DNA of 64,000 nt from Amphiscolops sp. MND2022. Its lineage: Eukaryota. A program made the position numbers and the translations under genes. Shown here piece after piece: positions 58,942 to 64,000 of this stretch. A model generated the notes under the pieces. That model made no database searches. It was given only the letters and a program-made list of their open reading frames with translations, and was not told where the DNA came from. The DNA is taken from assembly GCA_964187785.1 (NCBI GenBank), contig OZ076409.1:75952001-76016000 (forward strand), given 5' to 3'. How positions within the stretch are numbered: position 1 is the stretch's first letter; every line of letters starts with the position of its first letter.

Positions 58942-61571
58942 GCTTTAAAGTAAAACGTAAAATCCATATTCAATTCGTCATAATTGGTTCTCGGGGCAAG
59001 GACTCGAAGAGCATGTATGCTCATTCCTTGTCCTTTTTGGATGTTTTAGATTGATACTTATTTGTATGTATCATTATTTTGTATCTTTTTTGTACGACTT
59101 CATCCAAATAAATTAACTTACTTACTTACTAGGCTATCAAAAAAGACGAGTAGAAACCGAATGTTGACTAAAACGGAACCTTCTTTTTTGTCGACGATTT
59201 TGTTGAGTGAGTGATTCTAGTTTTGGGTCTTTTTCTCGAGACCAGCGAACTAACATTTCTTTAAGCTCTGTAAGTTGCTCCCGCTTTTTGGCCTTGCGGT
59301 TAACGCGGATTTCCAGGCCTAATGACGGGCCTGAGAAGCAGGAGGACGTGGGTTCCAGTGCCACCCTGAGCCGATTTCTCCCCATGCTCGCAAAGGTAGA
59401 CGAAATACCAAAGAGTCCCCATTTGCGTTTTTCTTGCGATTTTTTTACCGGAGCCTCCCTTCAGTTTTTAGCAGAAACAAAACGTTTCGCGAGCATAGAT
59501 CGTCCTTGTGGTTTTCGGAACTATGCAACTTATCTAAAAAAAATTTGCACACTATTTCAGTTTTTTTTTGTTTTTCGGGTCTTAAGGGTGACCTCTTTGG
59601 TTGTTTTTTGGTCACGTGGTAATGATGAGTTTTTAAAAAATAATTGTGAAACTGTTTTTTCGACACTGTGCAACTTTTGGAGAAAAAGTTATTTTTGGTG
59701 AAAGTTTTGCCCCTTCACGGCTTGGAAAAAGCGTTTTGCAAACTTAATGGTTCTCCTCTTGGGTTGGTTGAATTTATGAGAGTTTCCCGAGAGAAAAAAT
59801 GAAAATTTCTTCGAAAAGAGGGTTTTTTGATGTTTCGAGTTGGGGAAATCTGTTTTCGAGTCTCACTGTTTCTGGCTGTTATCACAATATTTCTAACTCT
59901 TTGCATAATTAAAACACTTAACTTTACTACAGTGCTATGAAGAAGGAAAATTTTGGCCACTTCTGTACTTTGAATTGCTCCGATCGGGAGGACACTTCTG
60001 TAATAACACATGATTTTTAATAGTATGTACTTTAAAGACGTGCATTGCAGAAGCGCCTAGCAATCAGAACGAAACAATCAAAGTGATAACGAAAAGATAT
60101 TGGGAATAACCCTTATGAACTGAGAATCTTCCTTGATGCCATTCACGGAGTATATGATTTGATTGACTCCATATATGAACAGTAAAACCGTCCTTGAAGA
60201 TATTTCAACCCGGGGCATTGTTTTGAAAATCATCATTGAGATCACGAGGCAGATGGTTTATTTATTGATGACGTAAGGTTACAACAGGAAAATGTCAACT
60301 GAATAAACACCGAAAGGATTTAAAAGAACGTCAAAATGGAAGTTACTTTGAAAGAAGAAAAATTGGAGAAAAACACAGAAATCTAAAATATTTAAACATG
60401 GTTGGTAGCAATGCCTGATATAATATATGTAAGTGAAGATTCCAATGTTTTAATTTTACTAAGGCTAGGTGTGCAGCCATTTGTACGGTCTGCCGATTGT
60501 GTTTTCCAAAGAACGCCATTTGAGGTTGGTACCACTGGCAGCTATAGTGGCTGACAGACCTTTTGCTTTGCTTTTATCCATGTGTTCACAACCGGCAAGA
60601 TGTTCCGCTGAATGATATCCAACTCAATGTATCCAACTCGAAAACGGAACGACTGTTTATCTATGAAATAGTTAGTTGGTTCTTTTAGGATTTTTGATTT
60701 CGACGTTTCAACAAAAATTTCATCATTTTGCGCGCGGCTCACACTATAGATAGAATTGTTTTTATTGCGTTCCGAGATTCGTAAGTTAGCGAAAACAGCT
60801 GGAAAGGCTGATTATAGTTTTCTCACAGCTCATTTGGCAAACTCCGTGTTCACTCAATAAACGATACTTTTCACCACTTAAATAAGAAGTACAATTGATC
60901 TCAGCAATTAAAATGATTGAATTGACTAAGACAGAGTTGATCGCTTCGAGCGCATTTCACTAATATTTTCTTGCGTGCGGAAACGAGAGGTATGTAAAAA
61001 AGGGCCCGACCGATAAATCATATCTGACTCTGGCTTGTAATATCTCAAACCAACCGGAATAACAAGTGTAGTCGATTTTTAACGTGACCTAAACCGTATT
61101 CGTAACCCATGTGGGGGTAACCGCCTTCAGTAAACAAACCATACGCATGTCATGTAACCCGGGAACTATTAGCACTAGGACAATATAATTTGGCATGTAG
61201 CGACATTAGATGACTACAAATATCTTCAAGGTCACAGATGGACCTCAAGGTCATTTTAGGTGCGACCCTTGAATACATGGAAAAAGGGTTCTTAAAACGT
61301 AAATCAGCGTCGTTTGCGTGATATTTGATACTATTCGGTCAGGCGAGAAGATTCGCGTTGCACCGCACTTAGAATGATTGAAAAGTACCCCTTACACGTA
61401 AAAAAATCATATAAACCACTTAATTGAAGGTCATTGAGCGACGCTTTCGACAATAGAAATATCTCGGGTTACTAGAAGTATTACTTAAACCTAAACTATG
61501 TACAATTTTTGTTGAAGTAATTGTCTATTGGCGGCAAAGAATGTCTAGTCGAAGTATAATTAGAAACTTTC

Positions 61572-61655
61572 GCTATGCCATGAAAAAAAAAGTCAAAATG
61601 AAGCTATGCCATGAAAAAAAATAAGTCAAAATGAAGCTATGTCAATAAGTCAAAA
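61572..61655. repeat. Short tandem duplication (~31-33 bp unit, ~2.5 copies)
   Basis: GCTATGCCATGAAAAAAAA(TA)AGTCAAAATGAA is repeated. Confidence 0.7.
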
Positions 61656-62424
61656 CCATGCAACGTAAAGGGTGACATCAAAACAACAGAAATGCGTGCG
61701 ATGGGTAAATATAAGTGAGGCGGAATTGAAATATACGGGAATAGACACAACCGAGTTAGAGAGCTACAAGCAAGTTGATCCTCGAGACGGGGACAAGAAA
61801 CGCTGCTTAGCAAAAACAACTGGTTCGTCGGTAACACCGTGATCTAGGGATTGAGTTTCCACAAGACACAGTTTTTTGCACTTCGACACAGTTGGCTGAA
61901 TCGCAAATATTTATTTAGTGATTGTTGTGAAGAACCAGATTTGACTTTCCTAATAAACAATAATTCGAATATTACTTCAACTTTCGTAGTCATTTAGACC
62001 CGTAGCAACGGGCATGATTTTGCGTAAACGATAGAGACAGCCGAACGTACCGGTTCTTGCGTTCGATCCTTGGGAATTTCTTTCCGCCTTGCAATCAAAG
62101 TTTTTTACAGTTCCAATTAGAATATAAGGATATTTTGAGTTTTCAAGTTTGTACTGTAACGAAACTACAGTCAAACTCTTCAATATTACGCTCTCATACG
62201 ATTTCTTTTCATGAACAAAAAAATTAGATATTACAGCTTATTTCAAAAAACAATAGTGCTCCGTCCTTGTTTCCAGGAAAGGTCTTTTAAAGCGAAACTG
62301 CAAACTGCTCCTAATTTTTTTATGTCAAGGCGATAACAAGGGCCACTCCCACTACCATGTGAACAATTTTGACTCCTGCAAATCAGGTACTTCGTGGGCA
62401 CGTACCAAAAACACTTTTTTGGAA

Positions 62425-63015
62425 ATGAGTTTCCGAAAAGCACATGTAATACTTGTATATCTCTGCGAGAATGTCACCAAGGACACTTCTGAATTGCGTA
62501 AGCTCTCACGCATGCCGAAAACTACATTTTATAGGAATTTGGAGGAAATTACTCAATATGGGACAACAGAATGAAAACTTGGAAGTGGACTACCCCAAGC
62601 TCTGACTCCAGACGACAAGAGATCAGTTTGAAAAAAGATCTTCGATCGCCAACATAACTTGTGAGTTTCGGGAAGCAAGGGATGTTCAAGTTTCGATGCC
62701 CACCGTCTACCGAACTTTGAAGAAAGCAGGGATTTCCAAGAAAAAAAAGCACGGAAAATTCTATTGTTGACAGATGCCCAGAAACAGAAACTTTTTCCCC
62801 TGTCAAACTCGACAATTTTTTCGCAAATGTGTTTACCACCGACGAGTCATTTTTCCAACTTTATAGAAACAAATATTTGCACTGGTCCAAAGGTCAGAAG
62901 CCTGTGAAACCTGCACCCAAAATTGCCCCAAAATCACGGTGTGGGGTGCTTTCGGCTATTGTGGATTTTATTTTGAAATTTGTGACCGAGGGACAATTAA
63001 CAGCCAACGATATTG
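62425..63015 (+). pseudogene. Decayed, truncated Tc1/mariner-type transposase
   Basis: HTH-like LRKLSRMPKTTFYRNL then stop and KLGSGLP (GSGRP-like linker). Catalytic-domain start VFTTDESFFQL and frameshifted VWGA. Confidence 0.65.
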
Positions 63016-63323
63016 TCTAACCCAACTCTGTGGGCCGGCTTTGAAGAACTTTGCGATGACGAAGGTAAGTTATTTTCGTCACTTTTACTAATAACTGCCA
63101 TTAATAAGTTCTTCAGTTGACTAAACTCGCTTTGTAGCTCATTTATCTTCTTCTCATAGTTCTCCCTTATTTCAGACAACTGGGACGAGATATCTGAAGC
63201 TTCGTTGTTGTCAGAGTCATTGGCGGACGACTGAGCCATGTCTGGATCTATTGGAGAGGATGTTCCTGACGAGGAATTAATAACTCTACCGCTTCTAAGT
63301 TCTGTGCCTTGATCTGGATTCAT
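63015..63323 (-). pseudogene. Possible retrotransposon gag N-terminal fragment interrupting the Tc1 remnant
   Basis: MNPDQGTELRSGRVI start (LRSG motif is common at Ty3/Gypsy gag N-termini) and a coiled coil. No pol or LTR recognised. Confidence 0.35.
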
Positions 63324-64000
63324 GTAATCGAGAGAAAAGAATTATGAGTGGAGACTGGATTATCTGAGATGCTGTTTCGATGTATTTTACTGATTTAAGT
63401 GGTTATTCGATCTCAAAATTCACAAATCTGAACTGAGATGTTTTTTAGAAAGAAGTCGTACAAACAAGTAAGCAGTTAGGTAAGGATAAGGAAAATTAGT
63501 AAGGTACTCAGGAGAAGTTCATCCAATTTTCATCGCAGTCGTAGATGTACCACGTAAATTACTCAGTTTAAGTTCTTTAATTTCTGAAGATGAAATAGAG
63601 ATGTGTTTTCTGACTTTCGCGTGTAAAAATATCCAACTGGTCGGTAGCTTGTCGCAATTCGGGCTGAGTAATATTTAATGGCGGGCCTAATTACAGCAGT
63701 TCACGTGTCTTTTCGGTTGGTAAGACGCTAAATCTCTTACCAACCTTCTCTCATTGGCTGTTGCCAGCTGGTGTTAAAATGGTAAGTCACGTGACCGGTG
63801 TTGTGAACTGCCGCAAAGTGGCCACGCTTCATGGTACATCTACATATGTTAATGGTGTTTAGTCATCGATTTACAATGTCGCAATTGCCTGCACGTAGCA
63901 TCATGGTTTCTATAACAACTAAAATGAACTCAAATCATTCGATAATGCACTAATTTCAAGTCAATTTAAAGTAAAACACAATTTGGGATGGGAAAACGAT

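Larger units (their letters stand above)
55000..59130 (+). mobile_element. Non-LTR retrotransposon, CR1/L2 group; 5' boundary approximate
   Basis: ORF1, APE-RT ORF2, and a 3' UTR ending AATAAA-TTAA(CTTA)3 microsatellite tail at ~59107-59130. Confidence 0.85.

Noticed and set aside
59315..59375. tRNA or tRNA-derived SINE head (GTGGGTTCCAGTGCCAC resembles a T-arm)
   Set aside because: No convincing acceptor stem or D-arm/A-box. It would need tRNAscan-SE to support.
63330..64000. LTR and primer-binding site for the gag-like fragment
   Set aside because: No second LTR copy or clear PBS in the window.

Overview
Eukaryotic, AT-rich DNA with short GT-AG introns, probably from an invertebrate (inferred). 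Positions 1-53437 form one uninterrupted, same-strand, head-to-tail array of Helitron-like rolling-circle elements. It has 23 junctions, each made of an almost invariant 20-nt hairpin (GGGCATGCC-GA-GGCATGCCC, with compensatory variants), a family-specific tail and CTAG, followed by GTG of the next unit. These delimit 22 complete units. Twenty are non-coding, belong to at least five divergent families, and 17 of them are 1264-1290 bp long. Two are large, mutually divergent, putatively autonomous units (6693-18742 and 25099-39814). Each encodes an HUH-Rep/Pif1-helicase protein with a C-terminal SLX1-like GIY-YIG-type domain (the second also has a 2A-like motif and an OTU protease), plus a conserved, unrecognised Cys-rich partner gene and upstream covarying hairpin modules. 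Tails and heads are freely shuffled exactly at CTAG|GTG, suggesting a self-targeting, integron-like cassette array run by an HUH enzyme. After the array come a near-intact CR1/L2-group LINE (one homopolymer frameshift), a decayed Tc1/mariner transposase and a possible gag fragment. Coordinates were counted by hand and may be off by a few bases.
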